This document shows positions 8,092 to 17,139 of a stretch of 64,000 nt of DNA, piece by piece. Every line of letters starts with the position of its first letter. Positions within the stretch are counted from its first letter, which is position 1. A program made the translations under genes and the position numbers. Source of the stretch: Candidatus Enteromonas sp. (GTDB lineage: Bacteria > Bacillota_I > Bacilli_A > RFN20 > CAG-826). Below the pieces are notes generated by a model. It was given only the letters and a program-made list of their open reading frames with translations, was not told the DNA's origin and did not search any database. The stretch is taken from NCBI GenBank assembly GCA_034171505.1, contig JAXFGC010000024.1, positions 7,114 through 71,113 of the forward strand, given 5' to 3'.

Positions 8092-9582
8092 ATGGCGGAA
8101 TATCAGATGAACTCTTCGAATAATGGCGCCAAAAAGAAAAAAGGCGCCTGGAAGTACGTGGTCTATATCCTCGTCGTTTTGATCGCGACCGCGATTTCCC
8201 TCACGATTTCCCTTTGGAATGATTTCGACAGCATCGTCGGCACCATGCAGCATGCGGATTGGCGGTACGTTTTGCTCGTTTTCGCGGTCGTCGCGGTTAC
8301 CTACTGCATCGAAGGGTTGATTCTCTTGATTTTCTGCCGTCTATATACCCGCAAGTACAAGTTCCATCAGGCCATCGCCTGTTCGATGGTGGGTCAGTTC
8401 TATAGCAACGTAACCCCTGGGGCGAGTGGGGGACAAGTCATGCAGGTGTACACCCTCAAAAGCCAAGGGATTCAGGTGAGCAACGCGGCCTCCATCATGG
8501 TCATGTGGTTCATTCTTTACCAAGTGGCGTTGATTCTCTTTGGCATCGCCTCTTTGTCCTTTGAATCCGTCTCCATGGTCTCCATCAACCCGACGATTTC
8601 CTTGTTTGGCGTGACCTGGAATCCCCCAATGTGGCCGTTGGTCATCCTTGGGTTTGCCTTGAATTTATCGGTGATTTTGATTCTCTTCGTGATGAGTTAC
8701 AACCATCACATCCACAACTTCATCCTTCATCACGTGATTGGGTTCTTGGGCAAGATTCGCATTCTGAAAAAACCGGATGAAACGCGAGAATCCCTCCGAG
8801 TTCAGGTAGAAAACTTCAAAATTGAGCTTCGTCGTCTCCAGTCCAACATCCCCGTTTTGATTTTGCTTCTTTTCCTGTTCCTCGTGTTGTTGTTCCTCCG
8901 TTTTTCCATCCCGTATTTCTGCGGCCTAGCGATGCACGCTTGGGGGGAAGAACAGCATTTCGTCTTTTATTCCTTCGACCAAAATGCCCCGAGTATGTTG
9001 CGGGCGAGTTTCTATACCTCCTTCCATCAAATGGTGACCGGCCTTATCCCTCTCCCGGGATCCGCGGGCGTCTCCGAACTTTTCTACTCCCTTTTGTTCC
9101 AACCCTTCTTTGGGGATAACACCGCGATTACTTCCGCCACCCAGCTTTTGTGGCGTTTTGCGACCTTCCATCTCATCCTCCTTATCTCCGGACTTGTGAG
9201 CGCCTTCTACCGCAGCCGTGGCGGAGCGGATGTCACCTACGCCTCGAGAAAGACCTTCGTTACCTTGCAGCTCGAGACGTACGACGAACGTAAACGCACT
9301 TCGGATTCGATGTATGAAACCGCTCAATTCTCGCGAAAGGAATTCCAACGGAAGTTCGCCGGGGGAAGCGCCCAAAAGAGGACCAGCAAGGAAATTAACA
9401 TCCCTTACGAAGACGAAACGGACGGGACCTTTGATTTCCATTCGACCCGCATGAGGGTGGGAGATCCTTCCCCCAAACCAAAGAAGGAAAAGAAGGCAAA
9501 GAAGGAATCCAAAAAGCCCGCGAAAAAGGGTAAAAAGAAGAGTACCCCCGAATCCAACGGGTGGGATTCTTGGGAGTTTTAA
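8092..9582 (+). CDS. lysylphosphatidylglycerol-synthase-TM-region (UPF0104 / flippase-like) membrane protein with a Lys-rich C-terminal tail
   Basis: Multi-TM protein with the ..VGQFYSNVTPGASGGQVMQVY.. motif characteristic of the LPG_synthase_TM family. Tail KPKKEKKAKKESKKPAKKGKKK. Start is uncertain (ATG 8092 or 8107). Confidence 0.7.
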   Translation: MAEYQMNSSNNGAKKKKGAWKYVVYILVVLIATAISLTISLWNDFDSIVGTMQHADWRYVLLVFAVVAVTYCIEGLILLIFCRLYTRKYKFHQAIACSMVGQFYSNVTPGASGGQVMQVYTLKSQGIQVSNAASIMVMWFILYQVALILFGIASLSFESVSMVSINPTISLFGVTWNPPMWPLVILGFALNLSVILILFVMSYNHHIHNFILHHVIGFLGKIRILKKPDETRESLRVQVENFKIELRRLQSNIPVLILLLFLFLVLLFLRFSIPYFCGLAMHAWGEEQHFVFYSFDQNAPSMLRASFYTSFHQMVTGLIPLPGSAGVSELFYSLLFQPFFGDNTAITSATQLLWRFATFHLILLISGLVSAFYRSRGGADVTYASRKTFVTLQLETYDERKRTSDSMYETAQFSRKEFQRKFAGGSAQKRTSKEINIPYEDETDGTFDFHSTRMRVGDPSPKPKKEKKAKKESKKPAKKGKKKSTPESNGWDSWEF

Positions 9583-9584
9583 TC

Positions 9585-10760
9585 GTGAATATCGCCCTTT
9601 TTTCGGATACCTATCTCCCGGAAATCAACGGGGTTGCCACCTCTACGGACAACTTGGCTTCGACCCTTCGCGCCCATGGACATAAGGTAATCGTCGTCAC
9701 CACCAACCCGTTCTCGAGCAACATGACCTTCGAAAACGACGTGATCCGCATCCCCGGGGTGGAGCTCAAGATGATTTACGGTTACCAATTCGCAAGACTC
9801 TACAACCAAGAGGCCGCGAAAATCATCGAACGTTTTCATCCCGATGTCATCCATTGCCAAACCGACTTCTCCGTCGGGATCTTCGGCGCTCTCATGGCGC
9901 GGAAACTCCACTGTGCCACCGTCTATACCTTCCACACGATGATGGAGGATTACGCTTATTACGTCACCCACGGCCATTTCGATCGCTTGGCCCGTCACGT
10001 GGTCCGCGGTTTCTTCCGTGAGAAAACCGCCCATTACGATGCAATCATCGCCCCGAGTGATAAGATTCGCGATTATCTCCGCGTGGTGGGGATCGATGCC
10101 TCCATTTACGTCATCCCCACGGGCATTGAATTCGAACGTTTCTCCATCGCGAACGAGAACAAGAAAGAGACGATGACCCTAAAACAGAAGTTTGGAATCA
10201 AGCCGAACGAATTCGTGATTCTCTCCTTGGGGCGTGTCGCGAAGGAAAAGTCGATCGATGTCTTGTTGCGTGGATATAAAAAGTTCCTCGATAACGGAGA
10301 ACCTTGTCCCACCAAATTCGTCATCACGGGCTGGGGACCCGCGGAAGGGGAACTCAAAAACCTTGCCCATTCGCTTGGTATCGAAGAGAAAGTCGTATTC
10401 ACGGGCAAGGTCGCCCAAAACGAAACCCATAAGTATTATCACCTCGGGGATTGCTTCGCCTCCGCCTCCGTCACGGAGACGCAGGGCCTCACCTTTATGG
10501 AGGCCATGGGGGCATCCCTCATCACCTTGGCCCGGTACGACGATAACCTCGTTGGGACCATTCAAGATGGCCAAACGGGATTCTTCTTCTTTGACGAAAA
10601 CGACTTCACCGATAAGTTGAATCACGTCATCGCCCTAAAACCGAAAGAAAAAGCAAAAATTCAAGCCCAAGCCTTAGAGGCCATCGACCTCTATTCCTTG
10701 GAACATTTCTACGAAAACATCATGGAGGTCTATTCCCGTGTCGTCCGTCAAAACTGGTAG
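9585..10760 (+). CDS. GT4 glycosyltransferase, probable glycolipid (glucosyl-diacylglycerol) synthase
   Basis: NIALFSDTYLPEINGVATS N-terminus and ETQGLTFMEAMG (GT4 EX7E region). The listed ORF starts at GTG 9561. I prefer GTG 9585, just after the upstream stop, with GGGAG upstream. Confidence 0.75.
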   Translation: MNIALFSDTYLPEINGVATSTDNLASTLRAHGHKVIVVTTNPFSSNMTFENDVIRIPGVELKMIYGYQFARLYNQEAAKIIERFHPDVIHCQTDFSVGIFGALMARKLHCATVYTFHTMMEDYAYYVTHGHFDRLARHVVRGFFREKTAHYDAIIAPSDKIRDYLRVVGIDASIYVIPTGIEFERFSIANENKKETMTLKQKFGIKPNEFVILSLGRVAKEKSIDVLLRGYKKFLDNGEPCPTKFVITGWGPAEGELKNLAHSLGIEEKVVFTGKVAQNETHKYYHLGDCFASASVTETQGLTFMEAMGASLITLARYDDNLVGTIQDGQTGFFFFDENDFTDKLNHVIALKPKEKAKIQAQALEAIDLYSLEHFYENIMEVYSRVVRQNW

Positions 10761-11544
10761 TGTCATCACCGAAATCAGCAAAAAGAAAACCGGGGCGGTG
10801 GTCCTTTTCGAAGATGGGACCAAAATCACTTTGTCGTTTGATTCCTTTACGGAGAACCCCCTTTACGTGGGGAAATCCTTAAGCGCGAAAGAAATCCTTA
10901 AGCTTAAGTCGATGTCCCAAAACGACTCGTTTTACGCTGACGCGCTGAAACTCTGCTTAAGCGATAGCAAAACCGAAGCGGAGGTCGTCGAACGCCTCGT
11001 CAAGAAAGGCGCGGGGAAAGAGGCAATCCATACGATTGTCACTCGCTTAAAAGGCGCGGGACTCATCGATGATCCTTCGTATGCACAAGTTTACCGCGAC
11101 GATGTTGCCGCGCTTCGCAATTACGGAAAACGTCGGGTCCTCTTCGACTTGACCAAAAAAGGCATTCCCGAATCCATCCTATCGACCTTATCCTTCCCTC
11201 GGGAAGAGGAACTAAGTCGCGCGGTTCGTTACGCGGAACTCCTCAACAAACGGGCCTCCAAAGTCCCCAACTCCAGAAAGAAACTCAAGATGATTCAAGG
11301 GCTCATCGAACGGGGATTTGAGGAAGACGTCGCGAGGGAAGCCGTCGACCAAGTCGCGACACGAAACGACGAAGAAGGGGAACGCAACGCCTTAACCAAG
11401 GATTATTACGCTTATAAAGTCCAATACGAACGGAAATACGAAGGATACGTCTTACGTCAAAAGGTTCTCGCGGCATTGCTCCGCAAGGGCTACCGTTACG
11501 AAGACATCCAACGCTTAGAAAGTGAGGAACACCATGATTGCTGA
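10738..11544 (+). CDS. recX: recombination regulator RecX
   Basis: Repeated three-helix RecX modules (..VERLVKKGAGKEAIHTIVTRLKGAGLIDDPSYAQVY..). GTG start overlaps the GT4 gene end. Confidence 0.7.
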   Translation: MSSVKTGSVITEISKKKTGAVVLFEDGTKITLSFDSFTENPLYVGKSLSAKEILKLKSMSQNDSFYADALKLCLSDSKTEAEVVERLVKKGAGKEAIHTIVTRLKGAGLIDDPSYAQVYRDDVAALRNYGKRRVLFDLTKKGIPESILSTLSFPREEELSRAVRYAELLNKRASKVPNSRKKLKMIQGLIERGFEEDVAREAVDQVATRNDEEGERNALTKDYYAYKVQYERKYEGYVLRQKVLAALLRKGYRYEDIQRLESEEHHDC

Positions 11545-12592
11545 TATCACCGAAGGAATGCAACTCTACGGCACGTATTTAATCGCCGATGCGAAGAAGT
11601 GCCTCTCAAACGCCGGGAAACCCTATTGGTCTCTTGTTCTCCAAGATGCATCCGGCTGCATCGACGCCAAGAAATGGGACGTCGAACCCGACGATGAGGC
11701 GATCCTCGAAAAAGGCAAGGCCGCCTACATCATTGGCAACGTCCTCTTGTATGGGACGAAACTCCAGGTCAAAATCACATCCGTGGAAGCCGTCGACCCC
11801 AAGAAAATCGATTGGTCGTCCTTGATTCCAAGCGCCCCCGTTGCCCCGAATGTCCTCGAGGAAAAACTCCACCTTTATCTGTCGAGCATTCGTGACCAAG
11901 ACATCGCCCGAATCGTCAACGACCTTATCACCCATTATAAGGATAGGTATCTCTCCCATCCTGCCGCGGTACGGAACCACCACGGGTTCTTGCATGGCCT
12001 TTTGTATCATTCCCTCACCATGTGCGATCTCGCCATCAAGGTCGCGAATCTCTATCCCGTCTTAAACCGCGATATGATGATCGCGGGATCCCTCATCCAC
12101 GATATCGGCAAAGTCTATGAACTCTCGGGTCCCGTCGGCACCTTCTACACCCTCCAAGGACGGTTGCTCGGTCACATCGCGATTGGGCAAGCCGAAATCC
12201 GGGAAGCCGCGAAACGCCTCGGCTATTACGAATTCTTGGATCTTTCCGAAGACGAACAAAAAGAACAAGAATCCCAAAATAGCCCCGTGTTCCATCGTTA
12301 CGAAATCGCGGTTCAACTTGAACACATCATTTTGTCCCATCACGGCCATTACGAATTTGGCTCGCCCGTCTTGCCGTTAACCCGAGAGGCAGTCGTCATC
12401 TCCTTAATCGATGACCTCGACGCGAAACTCCTGGGTCTTGATAACGCCTTCGCGGGGGTGGCCCCCGGGGAAGTCACGGGACGCGTGATGTCGATGGATA
12501 ACCGTTATTTCTATAACCCCCATTCTTCTCCCGCGGAGCACGCCCCTTACGGGACAAGCGTCGAAGAAGAGTCCGAAGACCTCAAGAAATAA
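11534..12592 (+). CDS. yhaM: 3'-5' exoribonuclease YhaM (OB-fold plus HD domain)
   Basis: N-terminal OB-fold (YLIADAKKCLSNAGKPYWSLVLQDASG), HD domain (HSL..LIHDIGK, SHHG). ATG 11534 follows a GAGGAA SD. Confidence 0.8.
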   Translation: MIADITEGMQLYGTYLIADAKKCLSNAGKPYWSLVLQDASGCIDAKKWDVEPDDEAILEKGKAAYIIGNVLLYGTKLQVKITSVEAVDPKKIDWSSLIPSAPVAPNVLEEKLHLYLSSIRDQDIARIVNDLITHYKDRYLSHPAAVRNHHGFLHGLLYHSLTMCDLAIKVANLYPVLNRDMMIAGSLIHDIGKVYELSGPVGTFYTLQGRLLGHIAIGQAEIREAAKRLGYYEFLDLSEDEQKEQESQNSPVFHRYEIAVQLEHIILSHHGHYEFGSPVLPLTREAVVISLIDDLDAKLLGLDNAFAGVAPGEVTGRVMSMDNRYFYNPHSSPAEHAPYGTSVEEESEDLKK

Positions 12593-12597
12593 ACAAT

Positions 12598-12629
12598 GAA
12601 AAAGAGATACCGCGCGGCATCTCTTTTTG
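12598..12629. terminator. bidirectional terminator between convergent yhaM and hit
   Basis: AGAGATACCGC/GCGGCATCTCT stem with one mismatch, flanked by an A-run and a T-run. Confidence 0.5.
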
Positions 12630-12662
12630 CTTCATTCCTTATATCTATATTTATATATAAGG

Positions 12663-13079
12663 TTATTTTCCCATCTCGTCGTGAAGCTCACAGGCAAGGC
12701 GAGGCAAGTCGATGGAGGTGATGTCTTGTTCCTTCATCGTGATTTGGATGCCTCCGTCGTTGCCGTATCGCGGAATGACGTGGACGTGGAAGTGAGGGAC
12801 GCTTTGCCCCGCGGCTTCCCCGACGTTGGAGAGGATATTCACCCCTTTGGCGTGGAGCAAAGAGATTTGGGCTTGTCCGATGCGTTGGGCGACCGCCATA
12901 ACCTTATTGAGGGTTTCTTTCGGGACGGCGAGGAAGTGCTCGTAATGGGCTTTCGGAAGGACCAGGGTGTGGCCTTGGGTGGTTTGGGAGATGTCGAGGA
13001 TCGCGAGAACGTCATCGTCCTCGTAGACTTTCGCGCAGGGGATTTCCCCATCGATGATGCGGCAGAAGATGTCTTTCAT
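12663..13079 (-). CDS. hit: HIT family nucleotide hydrolase
   Basis: Histidine triad HFHVHVIP and the typical N-terminus CIFCRII-like (DIFCRIIDGEIP). Confidence 0.9.
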   Translation of the reverse strand: MKDIFCRIIDGEIPCAKVYEDDDVLAILDISQTTQGHTLVLPKAHYEHFLAVPKETLNKVMAVAQRIGQAQISLLHAKGVNILSNVGEAAGQSVPHFHVHVIPRYGNDGGIQITMKEQDITSIDLPRLACELHDEMGK

Positions 13080-13091
13080 TTGGTTTCCTCC

Positions 13092-13127
13092 AAAAAATAA
13101 GAGAAAGGGCAGGATTGCTCCTGCCCT
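13092..13127 (-). terminator. intrinsic terminator after the lipoprotein operon
   Basis: AGGGCAGGA-TTGC-TCCTGCCCT perfect stem, followed on the minus strand by a T-rich run. Confidence 0.6.
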
Positions 13128-13148
13128 TCTATTATAGATGATTTTCCC

Positions 13149-14750
13149 TTAATCGAAGAGGTCGGGGAAGGTGGTTTCGAAGTAGCTGTAGATTTCGTCG
13201 TCGTGGAAGCTCATTTGCATTTGTTCCACGTAGTATTGACGGGCAGCTTTCTTGTAGGAATCACCATCCGCGAGCAAGTCGGCGACTTTCCAGACGATTT
13301 GGTCCAAGGTTTCGCCTTCGCTGCCATCGGCGGGACGGGAGGCGTAACGATAGGATTCGCTGTCGTCGTTGCCCGTGGCCATCTTACCGGATTTGACGGC
13401 TTCGTCGATGCGGACGATGTACCAGGTCTTGCCGGAGTCGTCGTACATGGCGTAGGGGAACTCTTCACCGGTTTGGATCGTTTCGGGGCGGAGGTAGTAC
13501 TCGCCTTTGACGCGCCAGGTGAATTTGGCCTTGATGATGCCGTTCGTATCTTCGGTGGCGTTCGGGTTATCGACTTCGTTGGCGACTTGGTTCTTGAAGA
13601 GACGGGTCTTCATGGACGAGGGAAGGTCGCTCAAACCGCTGGAGGTGTACCATCCGGCGGTGACTTTGGAGGCGGCGTAGATGTCGCGCTTCTTCATCTC
13701 GAGGCCGGTGGCGGGGCTATAGGCTCCGCCGTTGGTGAAGTCGGTGGTGGTACCGGTTTCCCAGCGGGAATCGTTCAAATCATCGTAGTCGATGAGGAGT
13801 TGGCCGTAGCTCGTTTCGCGGTAGACGGTTTCCCCGGCGGCAGTGACCGATTGGAAGCCCGCCGCGGCGTAGACTTGTCCGACCAAGGGGTCGCTGTTAT
13901 CGGCGATGCCTTGGTAGAGTTGATCCAAGAAGGTGAGATCCTTGTACTTGGCGTCGACGTCTTTCGAGAGGACGAGGTCGCAATAGGCGCGGACCAACGA
14001 ACGGGTGGAATCTTCGAATTTGTCCAAGTTCGGAAGGGCAATGTATTGGACCTTACGGGCGTAGGAACGTCCGAGGGTACCGTAGTTATTGTCCATCAAG
14101 TATTTCTCAACGAGGGCCTTGCGGTAGGCGTTGGGAAGGAGGGAACGTTCGATGTATTCCTTGTAGAAGGTACGGAAGGCTTCGAAGTCGCCGGTTCCTT
14201 GGAAGAACTTGGCGAAGTCGACGTAGGTGTAGGAGCCCAAGACCGCTTCTTTAATATAGGAAGAAGTGGTCGGGAAGGTGAGGAGTTCGTTGCGTTGGGC
14301 TTTGATGAACTTCTCTTCCTCGAAGATCTTGTCCTTTTGGTAGCTGGAGTTGTTGACCACGCTCCAGAAGGATTTGGCGATCGAATCCTTAATGGAATCG
14401 AAGAAGTTTTTCGCCTTGGTGGCATCGACGACGCCGTCGGTGGTGAAGGCGATGGGCTTGACGCCATCCTTCAAGGTTCCATCCGCGTTGTAATCGGCGA
14501 AGAAGTCGCCGAAGTAAACTTTCGCGTAGGAGAAGAGGATGTTGTTGAGGATCTTTTCGGAGTTGGTGTCACCGGAAGTGACGACCGCATCGTAGAGGTC
14601 ACCCAAGTTGTTGGCGAAGATGTCGCCCGCGTTGTTGATGATGTTGGCTTCGCGGTCGGCGGCGGGGAGATCCATTTCGACGTCGCAGGAAGCGAGGCCG
14701 AGGGTGAGCGCAGCGAGGAAGGCCGCAGAGAGAGTACGAGTGAATTTCAT
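13149..14750 (-). CDS. lipoprotein, possibly a PrsA/SurA-like chaperone lacking a recognisable parvulin domain
   Basis: Signal peptide plus lipobox LGLASC. AAAGGAGGAA SD. Lies 19 nt downstream of the PrsA-like gene. Confidence 0.7.
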   Translation of the reverse strand: MKFTRTLSAAFLAALTLGLASCDVEMDLPAADREANIINNAGDIFANNLGDLYDAVVTSGDTNSEKILNNILFSYAKVYFGDFFADYNADGTLKDGVKPIAFTTDGVVDATKAKNFFDSIKDSIAKSFWSVVNNSSYQKDKIFEEEKFIKAQRNELLTFPTTSSYIKEAVLGSYTYVDFAKFFQGTGDFEAFRTFYKEYIERSLLPNAYRKALVEKYLMDNNYGTLGRSYARKVQYIALPNLDKFEDSTRSLVRAYCDLVLSKDVDAKYKDLTFLDQLYQGIADNSDPLVGQVYAAAGFQSVTAAGETVYRETSYGQLLIDYDDLNDSRWETGTTTDFTNGGAYSPATGLEMKKRDIYAASKVTAGWYTSSGLSDLPSSMKTRLFKNQVANEVDNPNATEDTNGIIKAKFTWRVKGEYYLRPETIQTGEEFPYAMYDDSGKTWYIVRIDEAVKSGKMATGNDDSESYRYASRPADGSEGETLDQIVWKVADLLADGDSYKKAARQYYVEQMQMSFHDDEIYSYFETTFPDLFD

Positions 14751-14769
14751 TGTTGCATTCCTCCTTTCA

Positions 14770-16872
14770 TTACGCTTTTTCGTAGCAGGGCTTGCCGACG
14801 CCCCAGACGCCTTGTTTCTTTTGCGCGTCTTCGGTGTTGTAGGTGATGGCGGCGAGTTCGGAAATCAACTTTTGGTCACCTTTCTCGCGGAGTTGACGGG
14901 ATTCGTCCTCGGCAGTGAGGAATTCCGCGTACTTGGCCCAGTTGTTGTCCAAGGATTCTTGCGCGTCTTCGGCGGCTTTCTTTCTCTTTTCGGAGGAGAA
15001 GCGCTTGACGTTGTCGAAGACCTTGGCGACGGAGGCGTTGGCGACGTTGAATTCGGCGCCGGTCTTCTCGAGCAAGTATTGGACCTCGTAGGTCTCCATG
15101 ATGTCGCTGTTGAAGTTGCTGAGCGTGGACTTGAAGGACTCGATGTTCTCGGAGTAGTTGGCCTTCGTGGTATCGATGCCCATGGCGATGTTGGTCGTCT
15201 TGTTGACCTTGGCACCATTGACGGTGTAGGTCGGGTAGTCCTTGCTTTGTTCCGGATTCTCAAGGGTGTAGAACTCGGAGAGGGTGGTGACGTCCGCGGT
15301 ATCCTTGGTCGCGGTGTATTCGGCTTCGGTGATGCTCGCGAGCTTTCCGCTCACTACGTGTTCGCCGTATTCGCTAAGGGGCGAACGGTCGATGGTGATA
15401 AAGTGGATGCCTTTGGTTCCGGAGTCACCGCGGACCGCAAGGATGATTTGGCCCTTTTCGTTGGTGAGGGCGTTGACCGCGTTGCCTTCGGAATCGGTGA
15501 GATCGAGGTAGTCGCTGGTGTCCACGCCGAATCCCGGGAGGGAGGCGTAGGCGTTATCCTTGACGCCCTTCCAGGCGGCTTCTTCGGCGGTCATCTTGTA
15601 AGCATCGGCTTCGTAGTAACGGGCTTGGACGCTTTCTTCCACCGACGGGTTGAAGTCGGAGGAGATGACTTCGTTGTACGCGATCTTGGTCGGGGTGATG
15701 ACCGCGATGCGGTGGGAGTTGAAGTACTTGTTCCAGATGACGTTGCGGGGCATGTAGGTGCTCGAGCCATCGTTGACCTTGAAGGTTTGGGTCGGGAAGT
15801 TCTTGTTGACTTGGTCGTTGGCAAGGGCAACCGCGGCACCGAAGGGGATGGTGCCGATGGAGCTGAGGACGCCATCCGCAGCGGCGGCGCTGCTCAAGAG
15901 CTTGGTCTCGCTGCCATCACGGTAGGTAGCATCGCTGGCCCATTGGAGTCCTTCTTTTTGGGTGTCGTGGAAGGCATCGCCGGCTTTGCGGTAAATGGTG
16001 TCATACGCGTAGACGCCATATTGGAAGCCTTGGACGAACGAAGTGGTGACGTCCATGATTCCCAAGGAACCGTATTTTTCGGCCGAACCGGTGTCTTTGG
16101 AATAGGTCTTCGCCAAGACGCCGAAGCTAAGGCGCGAGGTGGCGGCGGTTTCCCCGTGGTCCGCGTCGTTGGTGTTGGCGCCGGCCATCATGAGGATGAC
16201 GTCGCCGAAACGGGCGGCTTCGGTTTCGCTGAGCGCGGTGCTCGTGGCATCGGATTCACTCGCCCCGCTGGCCTCCAACAAGATGTGGGAGACGTTGTAG
16301 GGGAGACGGGTATCGAGGTAGCCCTTGGATCCTGGGCCGAAATCTTGGCTTTCCGGGAAGAAGGCGGTGCCGTCTTCGCGCACGCCGTCGCGGATATACT
16401 TAAGGTTGTCACCCGCTTTGAAGTCTTGCTCGAATTTCTTGAGTTCGGCATCGTAGAGTTTCTTTTGGAAGAGCTCTTCGATATTTTCAACGCCTTCACC
16501 GCTGAAGAGCGATTCGAGTTCGGCGGCATAGGTGGTGCCGTTGTTGTTCGCGTTGGTCTTGGCTTGGTCCTTGATACCTTCGACGTCTTTGGTGGCGTCT
16601 TTCTTCAAGGCATCGTAGTCTGCGGCACGGCTCGTATCCGCGTAGTATTGGCGGATCAAGATTTCTTTTACTTTGCTGAAATCAGTGGTAGCGGTCGAAG
16701 AGCTGTTTTGGTAATCTTCGAACAAATCGCTGGCCTTGTACTCAACCTTCGTGCCATCGGCTTGAGTAAAGGTAATTGCAACACCCACTTTGTAACTGGT
16801 TTCGTTGCAGCCCGTGAGCGCCGCAACGGCGAGAAGCCCAGTGACAATGGTGAGGAGTTTTCCTTTTTTCAT
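14770..16872 (-). CDS. PrsA-like lipoprotein with a parvulin-type PPIase domain
   Basis: MKKGKLLTIVTGLLAVAALTGC lipobox. Parvulin-like stretch VSHILLEA...LAKTYSKDTGSAEKYGSLG..FVQGF. AAGGAGGAA SD before ATG 16872 (M13 of the listed ORF). Confidence 0.7.
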   Translation of the reverse strand: MKKGKLLTIVTGLLAVAALTGCNETSYKVGVAITFTQADGTKVEYKASDLFEDYQNSSSTATTDFSKVKEILIRQYYADTSRAADYDALKKDATKDVEGIKDQAKTNANNNGTTYAAELESLFSGEGVENIEELFQKKLYDAELKKFEQDFKAGDNLKYIRDGVREDGTAFFPESQDFGPGSKGYLDTRLPYNVSHILLEASGASESDATSTALSETEAARFGDVILMMAGANTNDADHGETAATSRLSFGVLAKTYSKDTGSAEKYGSLGIMDVTTSFVQGFQYGVYAYDTIYRKAGDAFHDTQKEGLQWASDATYRDGSETKLLSSAAAADGVLSSIGTIPFGAAVALANDQVNKNFPTQTFKVNDGSSTYMPRNVIWNKYFNSHRIAVITPTKIAYNEVISSDFNPSVEESVQARYYEADAYKMTAEEAAWKGVKDNAYASLPGFGVDTSDYLDLTDSEGNAVNALTNEKGQIILAVRGDSGTKGIHFITIDRSPLSEYGEHVVSGKLASITEAEYTATKDTADVTTLSEFYTLENPEQSKDYPTYTVNGAKVNKTTNIAMGIDTTKANYSENIESFKSTLSNFNSDIMETYEVQYLLEKTGAEFNVANASVAKVFDNVKRFSSEKRKKAAEDAQESLDNNWAKYAEFLTAEDESRQLREKGDQKLISELAAITYNTEDAQKKQGVWGVGKPCYEKA

Positions 16873-17080
16873 GTGGATTCGTTCCTCCTTCGTCTGAACG
16901 TAGCGCACAAATCTTATACTCTTTAGAGTATCTAGGCAACTAATTTATTTGACGTTCTCAAAAGTTTCTCGAAATTTTTCCAAACGGTTGGGATTTCGGT
17001 CAAGGAAAACGCTTCGAATGGAAAAATTCGCTATTTTTCGGGATTCCTCCTATGAAGAGCAAAGAAGTATATCGTTTTAT

Positions 17081-17110
17081 TTGAAGGGAACGCCTCTTAT
17101 TGTATACAAT
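17081..17110 (+). promoter_or_regulatory. candidate suf operon promoter (-35 TTGAAG, 18-nt spacer, -10 TACAAT) overlapped by the palindrome ATTGTATACAAT
   Basis: Hexamers read at 17081-17086 and 17105-17110, 30 nt upstream of the sufC ATG. Confidence 0.4.
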
Positions 17111-17139
17111 AATCCGACGCTTCAAAGGAGGCGCTTTTC

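Noticed and set aside
13203-16926. Two very long plus-strand ORFs (547 aa at 13203..14846 and 772 aa at 14608..16926).
   Set aside because: They lie exactly antisense to the two lipoprotein genes, which have lipoboxes, strong SDs and a terminator. Their translations are low-complexity and rich in G, V, D, E and F, with no motifs and no SD. They look like shadow ORFs produced by the codon bias of the real genes.
16916-16931. The palindrome ATACTCT-TT-AGAGTAT in the lipoprotein promoter shares the ACTCT/AGAGT half-site with the rny +1 palindrome (37750-37762), which suggested a common regulator.
   Set aside because: There are only two sites, with different spacing (2 nt versus 1 nt) and different flanks, and a 5-nt shared core is easily explained by chance. 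Both palindromes are real in the sequence, but the shared-regulator idea has no support from this window alone.
17040-17053. A shared 11-14-nt string GGGATTCCTCC(C)TAT upstream of suf (17040-17053) and in the rny leader (37800-37814), considered as a common anti-SD or regulatory box.
   Set aside because: An exact match of this length between two positions in 64 kb is expected by chance. The suf copy lies upstream of the predicted suf promoter, so it would not be in the mRNA. It is simply the complement of the common GGAGGAATC SD context.
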